Part shown: positions 40,634 through 49,949 of the stretch, piece after piece
How positions within the stretch are numbered: the stretch's first letter is position 1
Layout of the letters: every line of letters begins with the position of its first letter
Assembly: GCA_965116875.1 (NCBI GenBank)
Contig: OZ220733.1
Span: 320,001-384,000 of the forward strand
Direction: 5' to 3'
From: Candidatus Latescibacterota bacterium
GTDB taxonomy: Bacteria > Latescibacterota > UBA2968 > GCA-2709665
Length of the DNA: 64,000 nt
Position numbers and translations under genes: made by a program
The notes under the pieces: generated by a model
Seen by the model: the letters and a program-made list of their open reading frames with translations, nothing else
What the model was told of the DNA's origin: nothing
Database searches by the model: none

Positions 40634-41494
40634 ATGTCCGTTAACGCAACCCGGCTCAATGCCGTTCTGCTGGCGGTGGGCATCTTTTTCGTGGGTATTG
40701 TACTCGGTGCGACGTACCATCTCTGGCTTCCCTTCGTTGGCGACAAGCAGACGAAGGCGCGCTGGGATCCCCGCCGTACCCCTCGCATGGGCGCAACGTC
40801 GGAACGTCTGATTAAACGATATTCCCGGCATCTTGACCTGACCGAAGCGCAGCAGGCGGAAATCGACCAGATCCTGGATCAAAGCCGGGAGCTGATGGTG
40901 GAGGTGCGGCAGAATATCGGCTCGAAGATCGAGACGGTGAGGCGGGGCGCCTGGGCCAAGATTCGCGGCGTCCTCACACCGGAGCAGCAGGAAACGTTCG
41001 ACGAGTTAACCAGCCCCGTATCCCCGGACGTTATCCTTCGGCAGTTCAGGAGACGTCTCGAACTCAATGAGGATCAACAGGCCGAAGTCTCGCGCGTTCT
41101 CAGGAAAAACTGGGGGGAAATGAGAAAGCTCCGCCGGGAAATACGGGAGGAGTTGAAGGCGATACATAAAAACACGCGCGCCAGGCAGAAGGACCTGCTC
41201 ACGCCGGATCAGAAAAAACAGTCCAATGGGGGGTGGGATATGGATCTTTCCGACGAGCAACGAGCGAAGATGCAGCATCTCAGGAAAAACAGCCGCGACG
41301 CAACGCGCCGGCTTTTTCAGGAGCGCGACGAGCAACTTGCGTCCTTAACCGCGAAGACATGGTCGGAAATCAAGCCTTTGCTTCGAAAAAATCAGGTCAG
41401 GAAATTCGATTATATCACCGAGGGTATCGAGCGACGCATGCGATGGGAACGCCAGTTCAGGCGCAGGCCCGCTGGCAGGGCGTTGGATTTCTGA
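40634..41494 (+). CDS. Membrane-anchored Spy/CpxP-like (LTxxQ repeat) protein
   Basis: N-terminal TM; LDLTEAQQ, LTPEQQ, LELNEDQQ, LTPDQK, LSDEQR motifs. Confidence 0.75.
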   Translation: MSVNATRLNAVLLAVGIFFVGIVLGATYHLWLPFVGDKQTKARWDPRRTPRMGATSERLIKRYSRHLDLTEAQQAEIDQILDQSRELMVEVRQNIGSKIETVRRGAWAKIRGVLTPEQQETFDELTSPVSPDVILRQFRRRLELNEDQQAEVSRVLRKNWGEMRKLRREIREELKAIHKNTRARQKDLLTPDQKKQSNGGWDMDLSDEQRAKMQHLRKNSRDATRRLFQERDEQLASLTAKTWSEIKPLLRKNQVRKFDYITEGIERRMRWERQFRRRPAGRALDF

Positions 41495-41503
41495 CGCCAT
41501 CCT

Positions 41504-41533
41504 GGAACGCACGGAAGCAACCATCTGTCCAAG
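41504..41533 (+). promoter_or_regulatory. Putative ECF promoter upstream of the Spy/CpxP-like genes
   Basis: GGAACG-N17-GTCCAAG, matching 39436-39465. Confidence 0.65.
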
Positions 41534-41620
41534 GTGTAAAGCTGTAGATGCACATGCATTCTCAATGCGCCGGACAACTCGTAGCGACCTCAAGCCGGGG
41601 AAACCGAAAGGAGCAGGACT

Positions 41621-42136
41621 ATGAAGCGTCTAGCCGTAATCGTTGCCGTCGTCATTCCCGTTATCGCCGTCGCGTGGGCGCTGCCGTCAGACGCGCATCG
41701 CGGAAAACGAGGCTGTGGCGCCCGGCAAGCGCCAATGGCGGCCCTTGAACTCTCAGCCGAACAACGAACGAAACTGGATGGCCTGAACCTCGAGCGGGCC
41801 AAGAAGATGGCGCAGCTGCGGGCCGACCTCAAGGTGGCCAGGCTGGATCTTCGGGCAGCCATGCGGCAGGACGACCCCGATCCTGCAGAAGTCAAAGCGC
41901 GGGTTGCCGCTGTAAACAAGGCGCGATCCCTGATTCTGGAGGGCAAGGTCAACCACAGGCTCAAGGTCAACAACGTCCTGACCCCGGAGCAGCGGAACAA
42001 GCTTCGAGAAGTGCGAAGGGATCGGTCAAAAAGAGGATGCGGCAAGACGTGGCGTAAGGGTGGCTACCGGAAGGGCTTAAAGGGGATGGGACAACCCGCT
42101 CCGGACCGGGGCGAAGGACCACCGTCTTCAATCTGA
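41621..42136 (+). CDS. Spy/CpxP/ZraP family periplasmic chaperone
   Basis: Signal peptide; LELSAEQR and VLTPEQR motifs; AAAGGAG RBS. Confidence 0.85.
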   Translation: MKRLAVIVAVVIPVIAVAWALPSDAHRGKRGCGARQAPMAALELSAEQRTKLDGLNLERAKKMAQLRADLKVARLDLRAAMRQDDPDPAEVKARVAAVNKARSLILEGKVNHRLKVNNVLTPEQRNKLREVRRDRSKRGCGKTWRKGGYRKGLKGMGQPAPDRGEGPPSSI

Positions 42137-42167
42137 GTGAACGAGCCGGGAAAGAAGGGTTTCGCAA

Positions 42168-43220
42168 ATGTCTTTTCGCAGATATGCCGTCGCGGCCGTC
42201 ATCGCTTCCGTCACACTCTTCGGGTGCGGTAACAGGATTCCCGTCGAGTCTCCAACCGGTGCCGGATCCACTGAAAGCGCATCACAGGCCTCGAAGGCAT
42301 CCACCGACGAAATCGGCTCCAAACTTGACAACGACAGTTCCAACAGGTCAGCCGACGGTCACCACAAGGGCTGGGAACGGTATCTCGCAGCGCTGACCGA
42401 CTCGCTGGGTTTAAGTGTCGATCAGGTTGAGGATCTGAATGAACTGAACGATGAATATCAGGCCGAAATCAAGGCCCTGTACGATAGCGCCAGGGCGTCG
42501 GGTAACCGGACGGGTTTAAGGGAGCGTCTTAAGGAATTGAGACGCGAGTTTGAAGACGCCTTCAACGACGTCCTCACCGAGGAGCAACAGACCAGGCTCG
42601 AGGAAATCAGGGCCAATGCCGCCGCCCGCAGGAAGGACAGAGGGTGGGAAAATTACATCGCCGCGATGACGGATTCCCTTGGCTTGAGCGATCAGCAGGT
42701 CACGGACCTAAATGAATTGTATGAAGATTACCAGGCCGACGTTAAAGCCGCCATGGACAACGCCAGGGAGTCGGGCGATCGTTCAGGACTCCGGACGGAG
42801 TTGAAGGAGTTGAGGCAGGGATTCGAAGACGGCTTCAACGACGTCCTCACGGACGAGCAACAGACCAGGCTCGAGGAGATCAAGGCCAATGCGGCCGCCC
42901 GCAGGAAGGACACGGGATGGGAAAATTACATCGCCGCACTGACAGATTCGCTGGACCTGAGCGACCAACAGGTCACCGATCTCAATGAATTACACGAAGA
43001 CTATCAGGCCGACGTGAAAGCCGCGATCGACAATGCTCGGGAATCGGACGACCGTTCGGGTCTCCGGGATAAGCTGCGAGAGCTGAAAGAGGATTTCGAC
43101 GAGGATTTCAACGCCATCCTTACGGACGAACAGAAGGAGAAGCTGGACGAAATGAAATCCGGGGGACGGAAGCGATCAGGAAAGGGCCACGGACACGGCC
43201 GTAAAGGCAGGAGCGGCTAG
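42168..43220 (+). CDS. Lipoprotein with three tandem 91-aa Spy/CpxP-like repeats
   Basis: Lipobox LFGC; repeats begin GWE at 42369, 42642 and 42915 (273-nt period), each with LSxxQ and LTxEQ motifs. Confidence 0.85.
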   Translation: MSFRRYAVAAVIASVTLFGCGNRIPVESPTGAGSTESASQASKASTDEIGSKLDNDSSNRSADGHHKGWERYLAALTDSLGLSVDQVEDLNELNDEYQAEIKALYDSARASGNRTGLRERLKELRREFEDAFNDVLTEEQQTRLEEIRANAAARRKDRGWENYIAAMTDSLGLSDQQVTDLNELYEDYQADVKAAMDNARESGDRSGLRTELKELRQGFEDGFNDVLTDEQQTRLEEIKANAAARRKDTGWENYIAALTDSLDLSDQQVTDLNELHEDYQADVKAAIDNARESDDRSGLRDKLRELKEDFDEDFNAILTDEQKEKLDEMKSGGRKRSGKGHGHGRKGRSG

Positions 43221-43262
43221 GATCCCGGAGAGCCCCCTTCAAGATCGCTCGGTCGTCTCTCA

Positions 43263-43302
43263 GAAACCCGCCGTCGATCCTCCCCGACGGCGGGTTTCAT
43301 TT
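43263..43302. terminator. Likely bidirectional intrinsic terminator between convergent genes
   Basis: GAAACCCGCCGTCG / CGACGGCGGGTTTC 14-bp stem. Confidence 0.75.
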
Positions 43303-43351
43303 GCGGAAATCGCCGCATCCGACTTCCCGATTTCCGAGACTGGTACTGCGG

Positions 43352-44326
43352 CTACCGCGCTTCGAAGAAGAATCGGATCACGTCATCCTCCCTGAGCATG
43401 GCATCGAAGAACTCCCGGTCCTCCTCGTTCAGCTCTCCAGCCGCCTGTAACACGATGCGCATATACTGCTCTCTGGTGAACGTCAGCGTCAGTCTGTCGC
43501 CGTCCACGTCAACAGAGCCTTCCAGGACCAGACCGTCTCCCTCGATGATCGTCAGCGTGTTACCCATCGCCGACCAGGAACCCGTTGCGGACCATGCGCC
43601 GGTGCTGTCCTGATCTTCAAAGGTGCCGTTGGCATGGAATCGGCGGCCCGGCGACCAGACACTGTCGCGCAAACTCGTCTCCATTTCGCCGGTGAACTCC
43701 CTGACGATGGCAGCCGCAACCGTGCTGTCAACCAGCCCCTGCTCCAGGATGGCGGCAATCAGATTCCGGCTGATCGTTTCAACCATATCCGTACCCACGT
43801 ATCCCCACGTCCCTACGATTTCCAGTGATGAGAGCGATACCGATCCTGTTACGCGCGCTTTTCCGCCTACCGGAAGTTCAACGGAAACCGCGTACCCGCC
43901 GTTGACGGGAATGCTTGACCAGGATCCAAACACGGTACCGTCCCGGACGATTCGTGCGCGGTAATAGCCGTTCACGTTGTCCGACCCGATTTCGACGCGG
44001 ACATTGCCGTTCTCGTCCGTCGAGCCCGTCCACATATAATTCGCCGGCTGCCCTGAAACGGACCTTGAAATCTCCACGGTGACACCGCTCAAAGGCGTTC
44101 CATTCCGCAGCACGGTGGCGACCACAACGGCTGGCGTCGCGTTCCCCCGAACCGCAAGTTTGCCCAACGACTGCCCTGAATTCCGTTGTCCGGAATTGAT
44201 TCGTGCTTCTTCTGCCGGCGTGTCGGCTTCGGGTACCATCGAGGTGGCAACCCGGTCGCCGCCGCAACCCGATATTGCGCATGCGACCAACGCCATCACG
44301 AACACGCTGCGAACCAGACTCAACAT
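43352..44326 (-). CDS. Lipoprotein: shared N-terminal beta domain + lipocalin-like C-terminal domain
   Basis: Lipobox ISGC; N-terminal domain homologous to those at 21838 and 52218; IVGTW and FHANGTF...TGSWS..GNTLTI resemble lipocalin-like folds. Confidence 0.7.
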   Translation of the reverse strand: MLSLVRSVFVMALVACAISGCGGDRVATSMVPEADTPAEEARINSGQRNSGQSLGKLAVRGNATPAVVVATVLRNGTPLSGVTVEISRSVSGQPANYMWTGSTDENGNVRVEIGSDNVNGYYRARIVRDGTVFGSWSSIPVNGGYAVSVELPVGGKARVTGSVSLSSLEIVGTWGYVGTDMVETISRNLIAAILEQGLVDSTVAAAIVREFTGEMETSLRDSVWSPGRRFHANGTFEDQDSTGAWSATGSWSAMGNTLTIIEGDGLVLEGSVDVDGDRLTLTFTREQYMRIVLQAAGELNEEDREFFDAMLREDDVIRFFFEAR

Positions 44327-44775
44327 CACGGACCCCCTTTTCGAGTGTTTACGGCAAGAAACGACGGGACTCGCACTTTCGAAATGGACGACTGCTGCAG
44401 TTGGCACGACGTCTGTGACCCAACGAAAAACCGGGGCAGACCCGGCAGGGCCAGCCGTATACTTTGACTCGTGAGTTGTCGATTTGTTTCCAATCCGGTC
44501 GTTCCGGCACGAGTTGGAGCGGACACCGGGTTGAACTTGCACGTTCCGCCGATTTCGGGTGCTCTAGCAAAATCACGTATGGTTCCGCATGTAACCGCAA
44601 CCCTTGCAGATGAGCGGACGACACGTATATTGCAGGATTCCACGGTCAGAGCGCAGACCGGGTTCGGACCCTCGCGGCGTCCCGGGGACAATCTTGAAGA
44701 GCGGCGTAATTGCCGAAGGCAATGCCCGGGCGTCCATACCCCGGCGCCGGTGCACGGAAATCCCGAACAAAATAC

Positions 44776-44804
44776 TTGACATATCGAAGGAATCCTGTTA
44801 TCTA
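44776..44804 (+). promoter_or_regulatory. Putative sigma70 promoter for the STAS cluster
   Basis: TTGACA-N17-TATCTA with an extended -10 TG. Confidence 0.6.
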
Positions 44805-44887
44805 AACGTTTCGGCGCACATCCGTCAATTGTATCTTATACATGAGTATCCGAGAGGTCGGGTCACAATAAAAAAGGAGATCGGTCG

Positions 44888-45232
44888 ATGGAGGTTAACA
44901 CCGAACGGGACAACGGAACCTTAATCGCGAAGGCTGAGGGTCGCGTCGACGGGTCCAATGCTCGTGAGTTCGAGGAAGCGCTCGATTCTGCGATCACCGA
45001 GCACGAAGACGGTCAAGCGGTGATTGTGGATTTCGAAGGCCTTTCCTACATAAGCAGTGCGGGCCTTCGGGTCATCCTGCTGACCGCCAGAACACTTCGA
45101 AAACAGGACAAGGAATTCGTCGTCTGCTCGCTCTCTGATCCGATCAGGGAGGTCTTCGAGATCAGCGGATTCGACAAGATCATACCGGTTTACGCCTCCA
45201 GATCAGAAGCGCTGGCAGCCGTTGGAGGATAG
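44888..45232 (+). CDS. STAS-domain anti-sigma-factor antagonist (RsbV/SpoIIAA-like)
   Basis: GRVD, LSYISSAGLRVIL phosphoacceptor motif, EVFEISGF; AAGGAG RBS. Confidence 0.92.
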   Translation: MEVNTERDNGTLIAKAEGRVDGSNAREFEEALDSAITEHEDGQAVIVDFEGLSYISSAGLRVILLTARTLRKQDKEFVVCSLSDPIREVFEISGFDKIIPVYASRSEALAAVGG

Positions 45233-45429
45233 TAGTGGGTTGGTCCGGGACTGCTTCACGGAAGACTCCTCGCCGCTGAGGCATCTCGGGTGGAAATGAC
45301 ACCGTAACCATATCGGGTTCACCGGAAGTGTCCATGTCGCCGTCGATTGAACAGGACGGCGTCGTGTCCTGTTGTGTTACGGTATCGGACGGTCCCGCCT
45401 GAATCTCCCGAGAAACTGAAAGGCCGACC

Positions 45430-47100
45430 ATGATCGAAGACCTGCTGCCGATCGGGTTGCTCATTGTCGTAGCCAAGCTGCTGGAGTGCCTCCTCGACCG
45501 GATTGGATTGAGTTCGATTGTCGCCTACACGGCGGCCGGAATTCTCCTCGGACCCGTCGCGGGAATCGTTGAGCCAACCAGCAAACTGCAGGTCTTCCTT
45601 GGCATAGGCGTCTTCATCCTGTTCTTCCTTGTCGGCCTCGACGAGATAGACATCCCCGGTTTTGTGTCAACCATCCGGGGACGTTTTTTTTGTGCCGCTA
45701 TCCTGTCGGTTGTGATCTCAATGGTTGCAGCCCTGGTGGTCACGTCCGATCTCTTCGGCGTGGGATTCGCCCTCGATCTCCATTTCAAAGACGCACTGGC
45801 GCTCGCTGGAATTCTGTCCATGTCAAGCCTTGGGCTTGTGGCGAAGGTACTCGCTGACAAAGGATACCTAAAGGAACCCCTCGGTCTGGAGATATTTACC
45901 ACGGTCATCATCGCCGAGATGATCACACTCCTGGTTGTGGGATTCAGCATCGGCGAACATACCATCGTTGTGAGCGACCATCTCTGGGGCGTCTTCAACG
46001 TGGTCATTCTGCTCGTGGAGGTCGCGTTATTCGCGGTGGTCGCGTGGGTTCTTTCCTCCAGGGTCATGCCTCCAACGATACTCTTTCTCAAGCGCATCTT
46101 CAACGTCCCCGAGCTGTCGTTCGGGCTGCTGATCGGCGGTCTTTTTCTGATGGTGGTCGTGGCCGAGGAAATCGGCCTTCACGGATCTCTGGGTGCCCTG
46201 CTTTTCGGCGCGGCGCTCTCGGGCCTGCCGCGCCAGGTGCACAACGACGTTATGCCGGGCATTCGAAGTGCGGGAGAGGGCCTGTTCGTTCCGCTTTTTT
46301 TTGCTTCGGCGGGCCTGCGCCTCGACTTTTCTTTTGTGTCGCTTCCACTCGCAACGATTATCGCGGTGTTGATCATTCCTTCGGTGGGCAAGTTCGCGGG
46401 AGCGCTCATCGGCGCCTACGTGGCACGACTCGACAAACCCTACGCGCAGGCGGCCGGATTGATGGCCAAGGGAGTTGCCGAGATCGCGCTCTTGCTGGTT
46501 CTGCTGGAAAACGGCGTGATCGGACAGGACGTGTTCTCGCTGATCGTACTCGCCATGTTCGGCTATATCGTGCTGATGCCGCAAGCCATTTCCACCGCGG
46601 TCAACAGAGCGCGCATGACCCACCGCCCGACGATGCCAAGCGTTGTGCCTGTGTCCTTCGCCCGTCGCGCCCTCGACGACATTACGGCCGGTCACGTGCT
46701 CGATCCCTCACGAACCTATCCGGATTCATCGCTCTCGATCAGGAGTTTTGCCGACGACTGGATTGTGCCGGACCAGCAGGATTACGTCGTGGTAGACGAG
46801 GGTGCGGTCGCGGGAGTCGTTTCGCCGGCGCGGCTGACGTCCGTCCCAATGGGATCCTGGGGGGATACACCGCTCAGCGAAGTGTTGCGCCCTGAATTGC
46901 CGCATGCAAAACCCGACGAGCCCATCGAAGACGTTCTTCAGCAGATGTCGCGGCATTCACTGTCCGTCATACCGGTACTGGACAGCGACTCCGAACGATT
47001 CCTTGGTACGATTACCAGCCACGACGTCGTCGACCTCGTCCTTCTGATGGATGAGATCGCCGACGAGCTGAAGGTGATGGAAAAGGAAAAGGCGAATTGA
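45430..47100 (+). CDS. Cation:proton antiporter (CPA2/Kef-like) with a C-terminal CBS pair
   Basis: About 12 TM helices, FVPLFFASAG, GKFAG, KGVAEI; CBS-like YVVVDEGAVAGVVS and IPVLD...FLGTITSHDV. Confidence 0.85.
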   Translation: MIEDLLPIGLLIVVAKLLECLLDRIGLSSIVAYTAAGILLGPVAGIVEPTSKLQVFLGIGVFILFFLVGLDEIDIPGFVSTIRGRFFCAAILSVVISMVAALVVTSDLFGVGFALDLHFKDALALAGILSMSSLGLVAKVLADKGYLKEPLGLEIFTTVIIAEMITLLVVGFSIGEHTIVVSDHLWGVFNVVILLVEVALFAVVAWVLSSRVMPPTILFLKRIFNVPELSFGLLIGGLFLMVVVAEEIGLHGSLGALLFGAALSGLPRQVHNDVMPGIRSAGEGLFVPLFFASAGLRLDFSFVSLPLATIIAVLIIPSVGKFAGALIGAYVARLDKPYAQAAGLMAKGVAEIALLLVLLENGVIGQDVFSLIVLAMFGYIVLMPQAISTAVNRARMTHRPTMPSVVPVSFARRALDDITAGHVLDPSRTYPDSSLSIRSFADDWIVPDQQDYVVVDEGAVAGVVSPARLTSVPMGSWGDTPLSEVLRPELPHAKPDEPIEDVLQQMSRHSLSVIPVLDSDSERFLGTITSHDVVDLVLLMDEIADELKVMEKEKAN

Positions 47101-47185
47101 CACTGTCGATTGTTCCGTCAACCAACGCCGGAGTGAGTCATGCTTCAATAAATGATCGAACCATCCTATCCCGGGGTATTACGAA

Positions 47186-48355
47186 ATGTCTGCGCTCCCG
47201 TACAAAATCCTTGTAGTGGACGACGAGCCCGACCTGGAACCGCTCATGCTGCAGCGTATGCGGCGTCCGATCCGGAGAGGCCGGTACACCTTCGTGTTTG
47301 CACGCAACGGTCTGGAGGCTCTCGATCGGTTGAACCAGGATGACACCATCGATATGGTACTTTCCGACATCAATATGCCCCAGATGGACGGTCTTACCCT
47401 CCTGGAGCAGATACCCAAGGTGGACCCGAATATCCGGTCCGTGATCATATCGGCGTATGGAGACATGAAAAACATCCGTATTGCCATGAATCGCGGTGCA
47501 TTCGACTTCGTCACCAAGCCCATTGATTTCTCCGACCTTCAGGTGACCATCGATCGGACCATGCGCCATCTGATCGAATGGCGCGAAGCGCTGGAATCGC
47601 GCGACAAGCTGATCGCCCTGCAAAACGAACTGGACGTGGCCAGCAAGATGCAGCAGTCGATTCTGCCCACGAGGTTCCCCGAGAATCCGGCGTATCAGGC
47701 ATTCGGAAGTATGGAACCTGCCCGCAACGTCGGCGGCGACTTCTTCGACATCATCCGGCTCGACGGCGGACGGATAGGCATCGCTATCGCCGACGTTTCC
47801 GACAAGGGCGTACCCGCGGCCCTGTTCATGATGTCCAGCAGGACCGTGCTGCGGGGTGCGGCAATCGGTACGACGAGTCCCGGCGAAGTGTTGTACGAAA
47901 TGAACAATGCGCTTTACGAAAACAACGAAGCCGCGATGTTCGTTACGGTCTTCTACGCGGTATTCGATCCCGCCAATCGTCAGTTCGTTTACGCCAATGG
48001 CGGACACAATACACCGCTCATCGTGAACAAGGACGGACAGGCCAATACGCTTCCGCTGACCGGCGGCGTCGCGCTTGCGATGTTGCCGGACATCGAATAC
48101 GGATACAACTCGGTCACGCTCGCACCCGGTGATACGGTCGTTCTATATACGGACGGCGTCACCGAAGCCATAGACGACGTCGAGGAAGAATTCGGAATGG
48201 ATCGCCTTCACAATGTCTTCAAGGACAGACCCCCGCAAGACGCCCGAGACGCCAACGACGCGGTATTCGAGGCAGTGAGGGGGTTTGTCGGCGACACGCC
48301 CCAATTCGACGACATTACATGCGTTACGTTTCGATACAGGGGGTCGGAAGCGTGA
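47186..48355 (+). CDS. Response regulator receiver + PP2C/SpoIIE phosphatase (RsbU/RsbY-like)
   Basis: VVDDE, SDINMP, KP receiver motifs; VGGDFFD, IADVSDKG, YTDGVTEA, DDIT phosphatase motifs. Confidence 0.93.
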   Translation: MSALPYKILVVDDEPDLEPLMLQRMRRPIRRGRYTFVFARNGLEALDRLNQDDTIDMVLSDINMPQMDGLTLLEQIPKVDPNIRSVIISAYGDMKNIRIAMNRGAFDFVTKPIDFSDLQVTIDRTMRHLIEWREALESRDKLIALQNELDVASKMQQSILPTRFPENPAYQAFGSMEPARNVGGDFFDIIRLDGGRIGIAIADVSDKGVPAALFMMSSRTVLRGAAIGTTSPGEVLYEMNNALYENNEAAMFVTVFYAVFDPANRQFVYANGGHNTPLIVNKDGQANTLPLTGGVALAMLPDIEYGYNSVTLAPGDTVVLYTDGVTEAIDDVEEEFGMDRLHNVFKDRPPQDARDANDAVFEAVRGFVGDTPQFDDITCVTFRYRGSEA

Positions 48356-48768
48356 GCGTCAGACAGTCCTTTCGCATAAACGCCGATCTCGATGAACTGC
48401 GACGGGTCGCCGCGGCAGCCGAAGAACTGGGGCTGCAGGAAAACTGGTCGCCCGCGCTGGTTCATCAGATCGACCTTGCTATAGAAGAACTCGGCAATAA
48501 CGTCGTCCGGCACGGATTCGAAGGTGGTCCTGGTGAACTCGAGATCACATTGAACTCGGACGACGAATGGATCTCACTCGAGATCGTGGACGACGGCCGT
48601 CCGTTCAACCCCCTGGAAGACGCGCCGATACCCGACGTTGAAGCTGCGCTGGAGGACCGGCCCATCGGGGGGCTCGGAATTCACCTCGTTCTTACAATGA
48701 TGGACGAAATGCACTACAAGCGGGAAAACAAGCGAAACCACCTCACGCTGGTGAAGCGGAGGACGTAA
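48352..48768 (+). CDS. Anti-sigma factor / Ser kinase (RsbW-like, HATPase_c_2)
   Basis: LAIEELGNNVVRHG, DDGRPFNP, GGLGIHLV; GTGA overlap with the upstream gene. Confidence 0.9.
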   Translation: MSVRQSFRINADLDELRRVAAAAEELGLQENWSPALVHQIDLAIEELGNNVVRHGFEGGPGELEITLNSDDEWISLEIVDDGRPFNPLEDAPIPDVEAALEDRPIGGLGIHLVLTMMDEMHYKRENKRNHLTLVKRRT

Positions 48769-49949
48769 TGAGATCGACCGTTCGGCACGGGGTGTCGCTG
48801 CTCGCCTTCTGGGCGGCGCTGTTGTGCAGCCTGGAAAGCAGCGAGGCCGAAAACGGTGTTTCCGGTGAGCGCATCCTCTTCGGCCAGTCCGCCGCCTTCA
48901 GTGGCCCCGCCGCGCAACTCGGAACCGACATGAAACGAGGTATAGAAGCCGCGTTTCATGAGATCAACCGTCGCGGGGGCGTCCACGGACGCCGGTTGGA
49001 GCTCATTTCCCGCGATGACGCGTACGAACCGGAGGCCGCCATATCGAACACCCTCTACCTCATCAATGAGGCCCGGGTTTTTGCGCTCATCGGCGCCGTG
49101 GGCACACCCACGTCTCGCTCAGCCACCCCGGTCGCCGCGGAAGCCGATATTCCGTACATCGCCCCGTTCACGGGCGCGGAGTTTCTTCGGGACCCGGATT
49201 GGAACATTGTGATCAACATGAGGGCGTCGTACAACCAGGAAACGGAGGAAATGGTTGCGCGCCTGACCGCGGATCTCGGCATCAAGCGAATCGCCGTCAT
49301 GTACCAGGACGACTCCTTCGGCAGGGCCGGGTACCGCGGCGCGCGGCGCGCGCTCGAACGGCGCGGAATGGAGGCCGTGGCCGTAGGGTTGTATCCGCGC
49401 AATACCACGGCAGTGAAAACGGCGCTGCTTGACCTGCGCATGGCCAACCCCGAAGCGGTGATCCTGGTCGGTGCGTACGAACCGGTCGCGACCTTTATCG
49501 CATGGGCGCGGCACATCGGCATGGACCCCGTTTTTATCACGATCTCTTTCGTGGGCAGTAACGCTCTGGCAACACAGCTCGGTCCGGCAGGAGCAGGCGT
49601 CTACGTCACACAGGTTGTACCCTTTCCAACCGAAGACTACTTCCCCGTTGCGTCAGCCTACCGCCGGGCTCTGTCTGCCTTCGATCCCGATGCTGTACCC
49701 GGTTTCGTTTCCTTCGAAGGGTATCTGGCCGGCCGCCTCGCCATAGCTGCCCTTCAGCGCTCCGGTACGGAAGTCACACGGGCGTCGTTTCTGAACAGCC
49801 TCCGCAGCAAGAAAATTGTCGATATCGACGGATTTGAACTGCGATACGGCAGCAAGGACAATCAGGGGTCGGATGCCGTGTTCCTGACGATGATCGGTCG
49901 CGACGGCAGGTACTATCCCATTGACACGCTCGAGAAAGCGGAGCCGTGA
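48768..49949 (+). CDS. Periplasmic ligand-binding protein (LivJ-like, Peripla_BP_6)
   Basis: Signal peptide; GQSAAFSGP, GGVHGR, DDAYEP, GAVGTPT, NMRASY, YQDDSFG. Confidence 0.9.
   Translation: MRSTVRHGVSLLAFWAALLCSLESSEAENGVSGERILFGQSAAFSGPAAQLGTDMKRGIEAAFHEINRRGGVHGRRLELISRDDAYEPEAAISNTLYLINEARVFALIGAVGTPTSRSATPVAAEADIPYIAPFTGAEFLRDPDWNIVINMRASYNQETEEMVARLTADLGIKRIAVMYQDDSFGRAGYRGARRALERRGMEAVAVGLYPRNTTAVKTALLDLRMANPEAVILVGAYEPVATFIAWARHIGMDPVFITISFVGSNALATQLGPAGAGVYVTQVVPFPTEDYFPVASAYRRALSAFDPDAVPGFVSFEGYLAGRLAIAALQRSGTEVTRASFLNSLRSKKIVDIDGFELRYGSKDNQGSDAVFLTMIGRDGRYYPIDTLEKAEP

Noticed and set aside
42369-43160. Possible CRISPR array or non-coding tandem repeat
   Set aside because: The repeats are in-frame 273-nt coding units without unique spacers, and no cas genes are present.
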